Source: an uncultured delta proteobacterium
GTDB lineage: Bacteria; Myxococcota_A; Polyangia; Fen-1088
Reading direction: 5' to 3'
Assembly: GCA_963767925.1 (NCBI GenBank)
Contig: CAVYGB010000009.1
Coordinates: forward strand, 64,001 to 128,000
Length of the DNA: 64,000 nucleotides
The translations under genes and the position numbers were made by a program. Shown here piece after piece: positions 18,739-28,219 of this stretch. Under the pieces are notes generated by a model. It searched no databases. It had not been told where the DNA came from and worked only from the letters and a program-made list of their open reading frames with translations. Every line of letters begins with the position of its first letter. Positions within the stretch are counted from its first letter, which is position 1.

Positions 18739-20067
18739 TCAGCGGCCCAGCAGGGCGGCGACCCGGGCCCCGTAGGTCTGGCTGCCCGCCACGTTGAGCC
18801 GGTCGTAGGAGGCGTCCCACAACATGATGCCCTGGGGGCTGCCGGCGCCCCGGCCGATCAGCGCCGTCACCCGACCGAGGTCGCCCGGGTTGACGTAACC
18901 GCCGCCCGCGTCGGGCGAGGCGGGCAGGCCCACGAAGATCTTCGGGCCGGCCACCTTGGTCCAGGAGGCCAGCATCTCCGAGAAGGTGGACCCGCCGAAG
19001 AAGCAGTGGTTGTTGTAAAACTGGATCCACAGGTAGTCGAACAGGTTCGACGCCTCACCGAGCACGGTGCCGGGGAAGGGGCCGGGGCCCATGTACGCGT
19101 CGGGGAAGGGGCACTGGGGCGCGCCGGTGATGAGGTAACGGCGGGTGGCATCGGTGCGGGTCAGCTCGCGCAGCTTGCGCACGAAGGCGGTGTAGCCCGC
19201 GCGGGGCCCGCCTTCGATGTCGAGGTCGATGCCGTCGATGATGGCGGTCCCGAAGGGGCGGTAGGGCGAGCTGCCGCCCATGAACATGTCCCAGGTGGTC
19301 TGGGCGAACATCTCGGCGTGGGCGTCGCTGGTGAAGAAATACGCGCCCGAGGCGCCGCCCAGCGAGAGGAGCACCTTCTTGCGCTTCTGCTGGCAGGAGA
19401 TGATCCCGCGCTCGATCTGCGGGCAGCGCAGCAGCGTCGGGTTCTTGTCGTCGTAGGGCTCCTCGCAGTGGAAGGAGAAGTTCAGGATGGGGCCGCCGCT
19501 GGCGTTGCGGGCGTCGCCGAAGTTGATGACGAACCCGATGACGAGGGCGTCGTAGTGCGGGTTCTCCTCGCAGGTCTCGTCGAGCTCCTTCTCGTATTTC
19601 GTGCGGTCGCCGGGGTTGCGGCCGCCGGTGCCGTTCTGGCCCCAGTAGACGACCAGGGCCTTGTCGGGCAGGCCCTCCTTGGCGTTCGGGGGCAGCGGCG
19701 CGGGGCCCGGGGGCGCGGGCGGCGGCATCATGCCCGGGGGCATGGTCACCGGCGGCGCGGGCGGCATGCCCACGGGCGCGGGGGGCGGGCCCTCGGGAGC
19801 CACCGGCGGAGCGGGCGGCGTGGCGCCAGGTGGGGGCGGCGCGGGCGGGGCCGGCGGCGGCGCAGGCGGTGCGGGCGGGAGACCACCCGGCGCAGGCGGG
19901 GTCACGCTGCCGGAGGGCGGGGGAGCCTGGCCACCCGGAGCGTCGGGGGCGCTGACCGTGCAGCCGATCGCGATCAGCGAGCCGGTGGCGAGCAGACCCA
20001 GCAGCATGCGCACATCCGAGCGGAGGCGCGGGCGAACGGCGGACGAGATGGACAGTCGACGAAACAT
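18739..20067 (-). CDS. GH18 class III (hevamine/CTS1-like) chitinase lipoprotein with Pro-rich linker
   Basis: IAIGC lipobox; VYWGQN, KVLLSLGGA, RPFG.AIIDGIDLDIE (DxDxE), APQCPFPD, DYLWIQFYNN, GIMLWD. Confidence 0.92.
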   Translation of the reverse strand: MFRRLSISSAVRPRLRSDVRMLLGLLATGSLIAIGCTVSAPDAPGGQAPPPSGSVTPPAPGGLPPAPPAPPPAPPAPPPPGATPPAPPVAPEGPPPAPVGMPPAPPVTMPPGMMPPPAPPGPAPLPPNAKEGLPDKALVVYWGQNGTGGRNPGDRTKYEKELDETCEENPHYDALVIGFVINFGDARNASGGPILNFSFHCEEPYDDKNPTLLRCPQIERGIISCQQKRKKVLLSLGGASGAYFFTSDAHAEMFAQTTWDMFMGGSSPYRPFGTAIIDGIDLDIEGGPRAGYTAFVRKLRELTRTDATRRYLITGAPQCPFPDAYMGPGPFPGTVLGEASNLFDYLWIQFYNNHCFFGGSTFSEMLASWTKVAGPKIFVGLPASPDAGGGYVNPGDLGRVTALIGRGAGSPQGIMLWDASYDRLNVAGSQTYGARVAALLGR

Positions 20068-20453
20068 GAAGCAGCTCCTCTCCGGGAGGGTGGAAACTCA
20101 GCTAGCTCGTCGCCGCCGACACACCGACCGCAACCGCAGGCTAGGAGATGATTGCCGAAAGCAGCCAGGCTCCCGCGGTGCGCGCGGCCCGGCCAGACCG
20201 TGTGGTGAAACGTAGTGAACCGGCCGAACCCACGCAATGTCTAGTTCTGGTCGATCGCCGCGATGATGCGCAGCCCCGCCCACCGTCGGTGACGAGGCTG
20301 TGAAGCCGTGCGACGCGGGAGGGTTTCGTTCCGACTGCCCGATCTGCTCGAAGACGCCGCCCGGGACATCGAGGCCACGTCTCCCGCCCGACCCGGCCAT
20401 CACCCGTCCCCGCGTTCTGCCGTTGGAAACAGGGCGCCGGGACGTTCCCTTCC

Positions 20454-20513
20454 CACCTCTCCCCGCGGTCTGCCGGGGGGAGAGGTCGGCGCGTCTGCGC
20501 GACGGGTGAGGGG
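20454..20513. repeat. REP-like palindromic unit
   Basis: Reverse complement CCCCTCACCCG...CGACCTCTCC..CGGCAG.CCGCGGGGAGAGGTG aligns with 3591-3654. Confidence 0.65.
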
Positions 20514-20518
20514 TCTGG

Positions 20519-21360
20519 TCAGCGGTTCCGGCAGAAGCCCTGCTCGTCGAGCTTGCAGTCGGCGCCGTTGTTGATGCAGGCGGCGACGCTCTGGCTGCAG
20601 TCGGCGGTGTCGTTGTCGGGGGTCGTGCAGCGCGTGAAGCGCTGGCAGAAGTTGGAGATGCACTCCTGGTCGCCCCGGCAGAGCTGGTTGTTTGTCAGGC
20701 GGCACTCGCGGGTCCGCTGATCGCAGGTGACGACCCCGCTGTTGGGGCCGCACGAGATTCGGCAGTGCGAGCACTTGTTGTCGACGCAGAACTCGGCGGG
20801 CGCCTTGCACTCCCGGGACTCGCGGCAGGGGCCGCCCGCGTTCTGCGGCGTCCGGCACTGGCCGTCCACGCAGACCCGGCCGCCCACGCAGTTCGAATCG
20901 CTCGAGCAGCGGTCGAGGCAGCGGGTGTCTCCGCAGCGCAGGCCGTTGGGGCAGGCGGTGCCGCCGGGGACCGAGCAGCGGCCGTTGTTGTCGCAGCGGG
21001 TTTGCGGGATCTCCCGGTCGTTGTTGCAGACGCCGGTGCCGGGGCAGGGCGTGCCGGGCACGCAGGTGCCGGTGCAGCCGTTGCCGGCGCACACGAACTG
21101 GCAGCGCTGCACCTCCTGGTCGCGGCACTCGCCGCCCCCGCACTGTCCCTCGATGACCGCCCCGTTGCTGCAGCGGCGGGCCGAGCAGGACCCGGTCTTG
21201 TCCGGCGGGCCGTCCTGGCAGGTGCGGCAGCTCCCCGAGCAGGGCTGGACCATCTCCTGCCGGCACTCGCCGCCGTTGCAGCGCCCCTCGAAGACGCCCC
21301 CGTTGCCGCAGGCGCGCGGGCCGCAGCTCCCCGACTGCTCGGGGGTGCGGCCGGTCGGCG
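20519..21360 (-). pseudogene. 3' portion of a Cys-rich repeat protein lacking its 5' end
   Basis: Dense Cys repeats including a duplicated GSC..R.C.NG.V.EG.C.GGECR unit; no start or signal; upstream sequence belongs to unrelated fragments. Confidence 0.65.
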
Positions 21361-21369
21361 CGGGCAGCG

Positions 21370-21590
21370 CGGCGCCCTGACCTTCGACCTGCCCGACAGC
21401 GGCCCCCTGCAGCTCCGCGAGCTGCCCGCCCGCCCCGCCACAACCCAGGGCCGCGGCCCCGATCGCATGTTCCAGGCCCTGTTCGAGCGCCCCTTCGGCC
21501 CGCGCGCCCTCGCCGATCAGCTCCTGGAAGAGCGGGCCGCCCCCCCGCCCATCTACGGCCTCTCCCGCGGCGACACCGAATCGGTCTCCG
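21370..21590 (+). pseudogene. Internal fragment of an unrelated gene (possibly a myxobacterial caspase-family C-terminal region)
   Basis: Coding-like frame LTFDLPDSGPLQL...RG..MFQALFERPFGPRALA...PPIYGLS; family call from recollection only. Confidence 0.35.
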
Positions 21591-22125
21591 TCCCGTAGCC
21601 GCTGAGCACGATGGCCTTCGTCGGGCGGGGCTTGCGCTGCTGGACCAGCCTCTTCCTGAACGAGAGGCCGCCCCCACCCGGCACGTCGAGATCGCTGATG
21701 ACGAGGGAGATCTTGTCGAAGTCCGCTTCGAGCGCCTCCGGGATGGTGGCCCCCCTCCTGACCAGAAGCTGGTCGCCAGCTCGACCACAAAGCGGGCGCC
21801 GCGGCCCTTGCCGGGGCTGCTGGCCGTGATCTTCCGCCGTGCAGCTCCACGATGCCGCGAACGATGGCGAGCCCCAGGCCGAGACCCCCTCCCGTCTCAC
21901 CTCCGACCTGCTCGAAGGCCCGGAACATCCGCTCCCCGTCGTCGGCGGAGAATCCTGCTCCGGTGTCGGCGACCTCGATCGCCAGCAGCGGGCCATTGTT
22001 CCAGGAGCGAATCGTGACGTGTCCCGGCCCGGGCGTGAACTTGATCGCGTTCTCGAGCAGGTTCCAGAGCACCTGACGTATCCGGATCGGATCGGCCTCG
22101 ACGGTCTGGTTCGTGGCGCCGACCC
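21590..22125 (-). pseudogene. Hybrid histidine kinase remnant (HATPase_c + partial REC)
   Basis: ADPIRIRQVLWNLLENAIKFT, DTGAG, GLGLGL, GARFVVEL, then a jump to LVISDLD...AIVLSGYG; frameshifts; no HisKA; REC N-terminus missing. Confidence 0.8.
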
Positions 22126-22137
22126 CGAGAGGTCAAG

Positions 22138-22983
22138 GTGGCGGGGGACGCGTCTCCGGAAGCGACGGTGCGACTGACCCTCGGCTCCCGTGGCCGGCGC
22201 CTGGCGCGCGACACCTACGAGATCGGCAACGACGACCTGGTGCGAGCCATCGCGCTCTCGGATCCAGGCATCGACGACTCTCGCAACGAGCTTGCTGGTC
22301 TGGGAGGAGATGCCCAGCGCGTACCGCTTCACCCGGCGTTCGGTCGAGCGGGTCACGTCTCAGTGGATGTCCGTGCTGGATCGCGACAGCAGCCATCCGT
22401 GCATCATCGCCTGGGTGCTGTTCAACGAATCGTGGGGGGTGCCCAACCTTCCTGACAGCTCGCCGGAGCGGCACTGGGTGCAGAGCCTCTACCACCTGAC
22501 CCGCACGCTTGATCGCACCCGCCTGGTGGTGGGCAACGACGGCTGGGAGAGCGTGGCCACCGACATCATCGGCATCCACGACTACGAAGACGTGCCCGAG
22601 CAGCTTGCCCACCGGTACCGCTCGCTGGAGAACCGCCCCAAGCTGTTTCGCCACGCCGGCCCGGGCGGCCGCATGCTGGTGCTGGGTGAAGACGCGCATC
22701 CCGAGCACCCCGTGGTCCTGTCCGAGTTCGGGGGCCTGGCCTGTGCGAAGGATCCGAGCGGTACTTGGGGCTACTCCCGCTGCGCCACCCCCAGGAGCTC
22801 GGGCAGCGCCATGGCCACCTCCTCGAGACGATTCGCTCGCTCGATCTGCTGGCCGGCTTCTGCTACACGCAGTTCGCCGACACCTACCAGGAAGCCAACG
22901 GCCTCCTCTACGCCGACCGCACCCCGAAGCTTCCCCTCGAGGACATCGCCGCCGCCACCCGGGGAAAGCGGAATCCCCGTTAG
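22138..22983 (+). pseudogene. GH2 glycoside hydrolase remnant
   Basis: DPGIDDSRNEL | LVWEEMP...HPCIIAW..FNESWG...LSEFGG | GFCYTQFADTYQEANGLL across three frames; 5' part and an internal block missing. Confidence 0.85.
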
Positions 22984-23201
22984 AACGGTTTGGAGGCCGG
23001 CGCCGGACGAGAGGACGTTGCTCTGTCGCGTGCAATACATGCGTTGAGCGGGTGCCGGTAAGTCTTGCGGGCGTGAGGCGATTACCGCGTCCGGGCGAAT
23101 ACCTGATCGACCCGCTTCTGGACGCCCGGCCGCTTCAGAAGCAGGGCGGGATCTACTTTGGTTATGGGCGAGCGTCCTTTTCGCTCGTCGGGAGGGGAAA
23201 A

Positions 23202-23546
23202 ATGAGTATGGAGATTCCGGGCAATCAAACCGAGGGTCACGTCGCACGCTCGATAGAGAAGCAAACTGCGAAATTGCCTTCGGACCTGTTCCTGTGGGCT
23301 GGCCTCGGGTCGATGGCGCTGTCGCTGGCCATGCGAGCGTTCGGCAAGAAAGAAGCGGCCAATTTCGTGGCGCCGTGGGTGCCCACGGTCTTGCTGCTGG
23401 GCGTGTACAACAAGATCGTGAAGGTGGCGGGCCACGATCGAAATACCAACAAGGCGGCCGGTGGACGCTCTGGATCCCCGCCGCAGCGACCGGTTCCAGA
23501 AAGATTCACGCGTGAACCACCGCGTGTCGACCGCCCGGGAAAGTAA
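23202..23546 (+). CDS. Small conserved membrane protein (TAKLPSDLFLWA type)
   Basis: RBS GGAGG; EG.VARSIE.QTAKLPSD.FLWA...W.PT.LLLG.YNK.VKV.GHD. Confidence 0.75.
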   Translation: MSMEIPGNQTEGHVARSIEKQTAKLPSDLFLWAGLGSMALSLAMRAFGKKEAANFVAPWVPTVLLLGVYNKIVKVAGHDRNTNKAAGGRSGSPPQRPVPERFTREPPRVDRPGK

Positions 23547-23622
23547 CGGCGCTTCGTCGCTTGATCGATTGAGACAGGCCGAACGGTGCCAAACGCGCTT
23601 GAACATTTTCGAGGAGAGTTAC

Positions 23623-24606
23623 ATGACGATGCAAACTGGAACGATGGGTGAAGGAATGAACGACCGTGCGGACGTCAGGGCGAACGTCACGACGATCTTG
23701 CCCCCGCGGCTGAGCTGGGGGGCGATCTTTGGCGGCGCCGTAGCGGCGCTGTCGCTCTGGGTGCTGCTCTACTCTTTGGGCCTGGCGCTCGGCCTCTCGA
23801 CGGTCGAGCCGGATGATCCCGGCAGCGTCCGATCGTCGGGCATCTTCACCGGGGTTTACGGGCTCATCGCGCCCCTCATCGCGCTGTTCGTCGGCGGTGT
23901 GGTGGCCGGACGGGTCTCCGGGGTCTTCGAGAAGGGATCGGATCTGATCCATGGGCTGCTGATGTGGGGGATGACCACCCTGCTCGGAACCTGGCTGGTG
24001 ATCACGCTGCTCGGGAGCCTGGTCAGCGGGGTCGCCTCCGCTGGCAAGGCGGCCGTTGCCGCCGGCGGAGCCGCAGCGGGAGCCCTCGCGCAGGGCGTGG
24101 AGGGGGCCTCCGGCTTGCCCGGGGCGGTCGGCGTCGACGCCGAAGATGCGCTCGCTCCCATCAACCAGCGGCTGCGTGCGGAGGGCAAGCCGAGCATCAC
24201 CGCGGCCCAGCTGCAGAGCACCATCCGAGACGGTGTCCAGCAGTCGGTGCGCCAGGGCCGCGTCGATCGCAGCATCCTCGTGCAATCGATCGCGCAAAAC
24301 ACCGCGCTCAGCCAGCGGGATGCCGACGAGCTGGCCGGCCGACTGGAGGCCCAGCTCAACCAGGCGCGTGCCCAGCTGACCGAGCGCGCAAGGAGCGCCG
24401 GACAGGCTGCGCAAGGCGGCGCCCTCCGGGCCGCGGACGCCACCGGCAAGGCCTTCTGGGGGGTGTTTGGCGCCCTGTTGCTCGGGTTGGCCGCGGCGAT
24501 GGCCGGGTCGAGGGTCGGGATGAATCGCGGCCGGAGAAGGCTCTCACCCGAGCCGGAGGGCCGGGTCAGTCCGCCCGTCCTCCGCGAGCAATCCGGCCAC
24601 GCCTGA
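23623..24606 (+). CDS. Multi-pass membrane protein (SWGAIFGG type)
   Basis: RLSWGAIFGG, LGLALGLS, HGLLMWG; helical soluble insert; C-terminal TM; RBS GAGGAG. Confidence 0.8.
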   Translation: MTMQTGTMGEGMNDRADVRANVTTILPPRLSWGAIFGGAVAALSLWVLLYSLGLALGLSTVEPDDPGSVRSSGIFTGVYGLIAPLIALFVGGVVAGRVSGVFEKGSDLIHGLLMWGMTTLLGTWLVITLLGSLVSGVASAGKAAVAAGGAAAGALAQGVEGASGLPGAVGVDAEDALAPINQRLRAEGKPSITAAQLQSTIRDGVQQSVRQGRVDRSILVQSIAQNTALSQRDADELAGRLEAQLNQARAQLTERARSAGQAAQGGALRAADATGKAFWGVFGALLLGLAAAMAGSRVGMNRGRRRLSPEPEGRVSPPVLREQSGHA

Positions 24607-24817
24607 CCAGGCGGATCCGAGCCTTGGAGACTGCCCCGGCGGCGAACGCGAACACGTCGCATCGAAGCGGGCCGCGTCAGGTCCCGGGCCCAGGCCGCGT
24701 CGATGCCCATCCATCGGTTCGGACGGACGTTCGCCCGGCACCACGTATGACGGCGTGGTGTCGGGCGGTCGAGTGAAAGCTAGAATTGTCGCGGCCTCTT
24801 CGGTCTCGTCGGGCACG

Positions 24818-25177
24818 TTATTGCGGGGGGCTCTTCGTCATGAGCTCTCGAATATCGTGCGCGTGATGGTCGACCTGCTCCTTGAGCACGAGAGCTTGGC
24901 GTCGAATGCTCGTCGTCGACCTTTCATGCTCAGCATGTCCGCGAGGACGCGTTTGATGCTGAGGTGCTCTTCCGCCGATTCCAGGACCAAATCCTCGGTC
25001 TTGCTGGATTCGACGGCCGGGTAGAACAGCCGCTCTTCGATGGCTGCGTGCGCTGCGAGCTTGTCGGCCATCTCGTGAAGAGCGCCGCCTTCCTGTCGTT
25101 GCTCGGGCCTTCTCCAGCTTTGTCAGCAAGTCATCGACCTCGGTGTGCTGCTCCTCGAGCAGCTTCAAAGCGTCCAT
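24818..25177 (-). pseudogene. Hemerythrin (HHE) domain protein, frameshifted and truncated
   Basis: MDALKLLEEQH.EV / LAAHAAIEERLFYPA / EEHL..KR.LAD / VLKEQVDHH spread over several frames. Confidence 0.8.
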
Positions 25178-25589
25178 ATGAGCTCCTTCAGACCTGCCGC
25201 TATTGTCATCTCGTACATTGGATTCATTTCATTCCTCTGCCGGTCACTTGGTCCCAATCGGAGAACGAATCAGCTCTCCTCCGTGCGCTGAAAATGCGTC
25301 GCCCACGGGCGAGCGGTGAGCTTGGCGAGCAAGGAGCTGGACGACCCTTGGCCGAGGATCGGACACGCAAGGAGATCGTCTCCCGGCCCCACCGCCCCGC
25401 CTCGAGCGGTGATCGCACGCCACGCAAAGGACGTCGGCCAGGTTGCAGGTCCGGACGCATCTTGACACCGCCTTCCTTGTCGGCGGTCCACCCACCCGCG
25501 GGCCCGGAAAGCAATGCGCAAAACCTGGTCGCTTCGGGCGGCGGCCGGGTATCTTCAGGGGTCACCAACCTCGCAACGCCGGAGTATCC

Positions 25590-27785
25590 ATGAAACTTCT
25601 CGTGAAAGTGACCGCCTGCCTCAGCGCGGTCGGTCTGACGCTGGCCCTCGGGCTGAACGGGTCGGCCGCCGACCCTCGCGCGGTGGCGGCGACCGAGGCC
25701 AACATCACGCGGCTGACGGCGGGCGTTCTGGAGCGGTCGCAGTTCGCGCACCACCCACTCGACAGCGAGCTGGCCGGGAAGTTCCTCGACCGCTACCTCG
25801 ATGCCCTCGACGGATCGCGCTCGGTCCTCACCGGGGAGGATCTGGCGGAGTTCGCCGCCTACCGGACGTCGCTGTCGCAGTCGACGCGCACCACGGGGGA
25901 CACGGCGCCGGCCCACGCCATCTTCGCCCGCTACCTGCAGCGCCTGGAGCAGCGTGTGGCCCACGCCACCAAGCTGCTGCGGTCGGAGAAGTTCAGCTTC
26001 ACGGGTCAGGACACCTTCTCCTTCGATCGCTCGAAGGCCGAGCGGCCGGCCGATCCGGCGGCCGCGCAGGCGCTCTGGCGGCAGCAGGTCCGCTTCGAGT
26101 ACCTGCAGGAGAAGCTGGGCGACAAGCGCCCCGCCCAGATCGTGACCACGCTGACCAAACGCTACGACCAGCAGCTTCGCACGATGAAGAAGCTCAAGCG
26201 GGACGATGTCCTCGAGGTCTACCTGAACTCGCTGGCCCAGGTCTACGACCCGCACTCGGACTACATGGGGCACCAGCAGCTCGAGACCTTCTCCATGCAC
26301 ATGAACCTCAAGCTGTTCGGCATCGGCGCCGTGCTGCGGAGCGAGGACGGCTACACCCAGATCCAGGAGCTGGTGGCGGGCGGCCCGGCGGCCCAGAGCG
26401 GCCTGCTCAAGCCCGGCGACCGGATCACCGCCGTGGCCCAGGGCTCCAAGGAGCCGGTGGACATCGTGAACATGCCCATCTCCCACGCCGTCGAGATGAT
26501 CCGGGGGCCGAAGGGGTCGACGGTGACGTTGACCGTCCTCCCGGCCGGGGCGGCCGAGGGGGCGCCGCCGAAGAAGGTCGTCCTCGTGCGCGACGAGATC
26601 AAGCTCGAGGAGCAGGAGAGCAAGGCCCGCATCCTCGACTGGCCCGCCGAGGGGGGTAAGACCCTGCGGCTCGCCGTGATCGATCTGCCCTCCTTCTACG
26701 CCGACCTGGGCGGGCGGGACGGCAGCGGTGGGCGCAGCGCCACCACCGACGTCAACCGCCTGCTGACCAAGCTGAAGACGGAGCGGGTGGAGGGGATCGC
26801 CCTCGACCTGCGGCGCAACGGCGGTGGGTCTCTCGAGGAGGCCATCAAGCTCACCGGCCTCTTCATCCGCAGCGGTCCGGTGGTCCAGACCCGGGGCCCG
26901 GAGGGCGACGTCGAGCTCGGCAACGACACCGATCCGTCGGTTCAATACGACGGACCCCTCGTCGTGTTGACCAGTCGCTTCAGCGCCTCCGCCTCGGAGA
27001 TCCTGGCCGGCGCCGTGCGGGACTACGGCCGCGCCGTCGTCGTCGGCGATCCGGCGACCTTCGGGAAGGGCACCGTGCAGACCCTCATGCCCCTCGCCCC
27101 CTTGATGGACCGCAGCGGCCTCACCTACAGCTACGACCCCGGCGCGCTCAAGATCACCATCCGCAAGTTCTACCGCCCGGCCGGCGCGTCGACCCAGCTC
27201 CGGGGGGTCCCCTCCGACATCGTGCTCCCGTCGCTGACCGAGGCGAGTGACATGAGCGAGGCGTCGCTGACCAACCCCCTGGCCTGGGACTCGGTGCCGG
27301 CCGCGCGCTACCAGCCCGTGAACCTGGTCCAGCCTCACCTCGCTGCCCTGAAGGAGGCCTCCGTCAAGAGGGTGGCGGCCGACAAGGAGTTCGAGTTCCT
27401 GCGCGAGCAGATCGCGCTCATCAAGAAGGGCGTCGCGGAGAAGTCGGTCTCGCTGAACGAGGCGGAGCGCCGCAAGGAGCTGGCCGAGGCGAAGGCCCAG
27501 CGCGAGCGCCGCCTGGCGCAGGCCAAGCTGCTCCAGACCAGCCGGCCCACGACCTACGAGATCCGACTCAAGAACACCGCCTCGCCCGGGCTGCCCCCGC
27601 CCCTGGCCGTGGCGAGCGGCGACACCGCCCAGGCGAAGACGTCGGCGAAGAAGAAGCTCGGCCACGGCGAGGCAGCCCCCGAGGAGGGCCTGCAGCTCGA
27701 CGAGATCACCCTGAACGAGACCCTCCGCATCCTCGCCGACTACGTTCGCCTCACGAAAGAAAAGCCCGCTCCCCCCCCGCGCTAG
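25590..27785 (+). CDS. prc: Carboxy-terminal processing protease (S41A, Prc/Tsp-like)
   Basis: YDPHSDY, GIGAVL PDZ domain, DLRRNGGGSL, SASASEI, TFGKGTVQ, KFYR..G.STQ..GV.SDI. Confidence 0.93.
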   Translation: MKLLVKVTACLSAVGLTLALGLNGSAADPRAVAATEANITRLTAGVLERSQFAHHPLDSELAGKFLDRYLDALDGSRSVLTGEDLAEFAAYRTSLSQSTRTTGDTAPAHAIFARYLQRLEQRVAHATKLLRSEKFSFTGQDTFSFDRSKAERPADPAAAQALWRQQVRFEYLQEKLGDKRPAQIVTTLTKRYDQQLRTMKKLKRDDVLEVYLNSLAQVYDPHSDYMGHQQLETFSMHMNLKLFGIGAVLRSEDGYTQIQELVAGGPAAQSGLLKPGDRITAVAQGSKEPVDIVNMPISHAVEMIRGPKGSTVTLTVLPAGAAEGAPPKKVVLVRDEIKLEEQESKARILDWPAEGGKTLRLAVIDLPSFYADLGGRDGSGGRSATTDVNRLLTKLKTERVEGIALDLRRNGGGSLEEAIKLTGLFIRSGPVVQTRGPEGDVELGNDTDPSVQYDGPLVVLTSRFSASASEILAGAVRDYGRAVVVGDPATFGKGTVQTLMPLAPLMDRSGLTYSYDPGALKITIRKFYRPAGASTQLRGVPSDIVLPSLTEASDMSEASLTNPLAWDSVPAARYQPVNLVQPHLAALKEASVKRVAADKEFEFLREQIALIKKGVAEKSVSLNEAERRKELAEAKAQRERRLAQAKLLQTSRPTTYEIRLKNTASPGLPPPLAVASGDTAQAKTSAKKKLGHGEAAPEEGLQLDEITLNETLRILADYVRLTKEKPAPPPR

Positions 27786-28219
27786 GTCCTCTCGACGACC
27801 CGAGCGCCGATCGAAACGCGCGCCGATCCAGGCACTGCCTGAGAGGCGAGGCGGGGGCGATACGACGGTCCGCAGGCGGCGTCGCGACCGCGCCTTGCGT
27901 CGGCCGCATCCCGGCACGCCCGCGGCGAGGTGCGTTGCTGTAACCTTTTGGGTCGTGCGCGGCGTTGCCGTCGTTACGTTTCTGCTGGTTGCCGCCGGCT
28001 GCGAGGCCGGGGAGCCGCCCCTGGATCTGGATGCCCTCGGCCCGGTGGGGGGATCCAGCGGGTCGGATGCGGGTTCGCTCGAAAGTCTGCGGGCGACGGA
28101 ACGGCGGGGAGGGGGGGAAAGAGTCGGGAGCATTTCTTTCCTTGCAAGGCCACTGCAACGGGGTACGACAGGTCCTGACACGCAGCCCTCACTTCGTATC
28201 CTGGATAGGGCCGAGCCCC

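Noticed and set aside
20100..20450. Riboswitch or ncRNA in long intergenic regions (also 25200-25580, 27790-28200, 48540-48840, 60740-61090)
   Set aside because: No recognisable riboswitch, tRNA or sRNA consensus by eye; a covariance-model search would be needed.
20519..22072. 517-aa ORF that looks like a novel HATPase + Cys-rich fusion protein
   Set aside because: The middle reads through out-of-frame REC sequence and the antisense of another fragment, so it is an accidental chimera of remnants.
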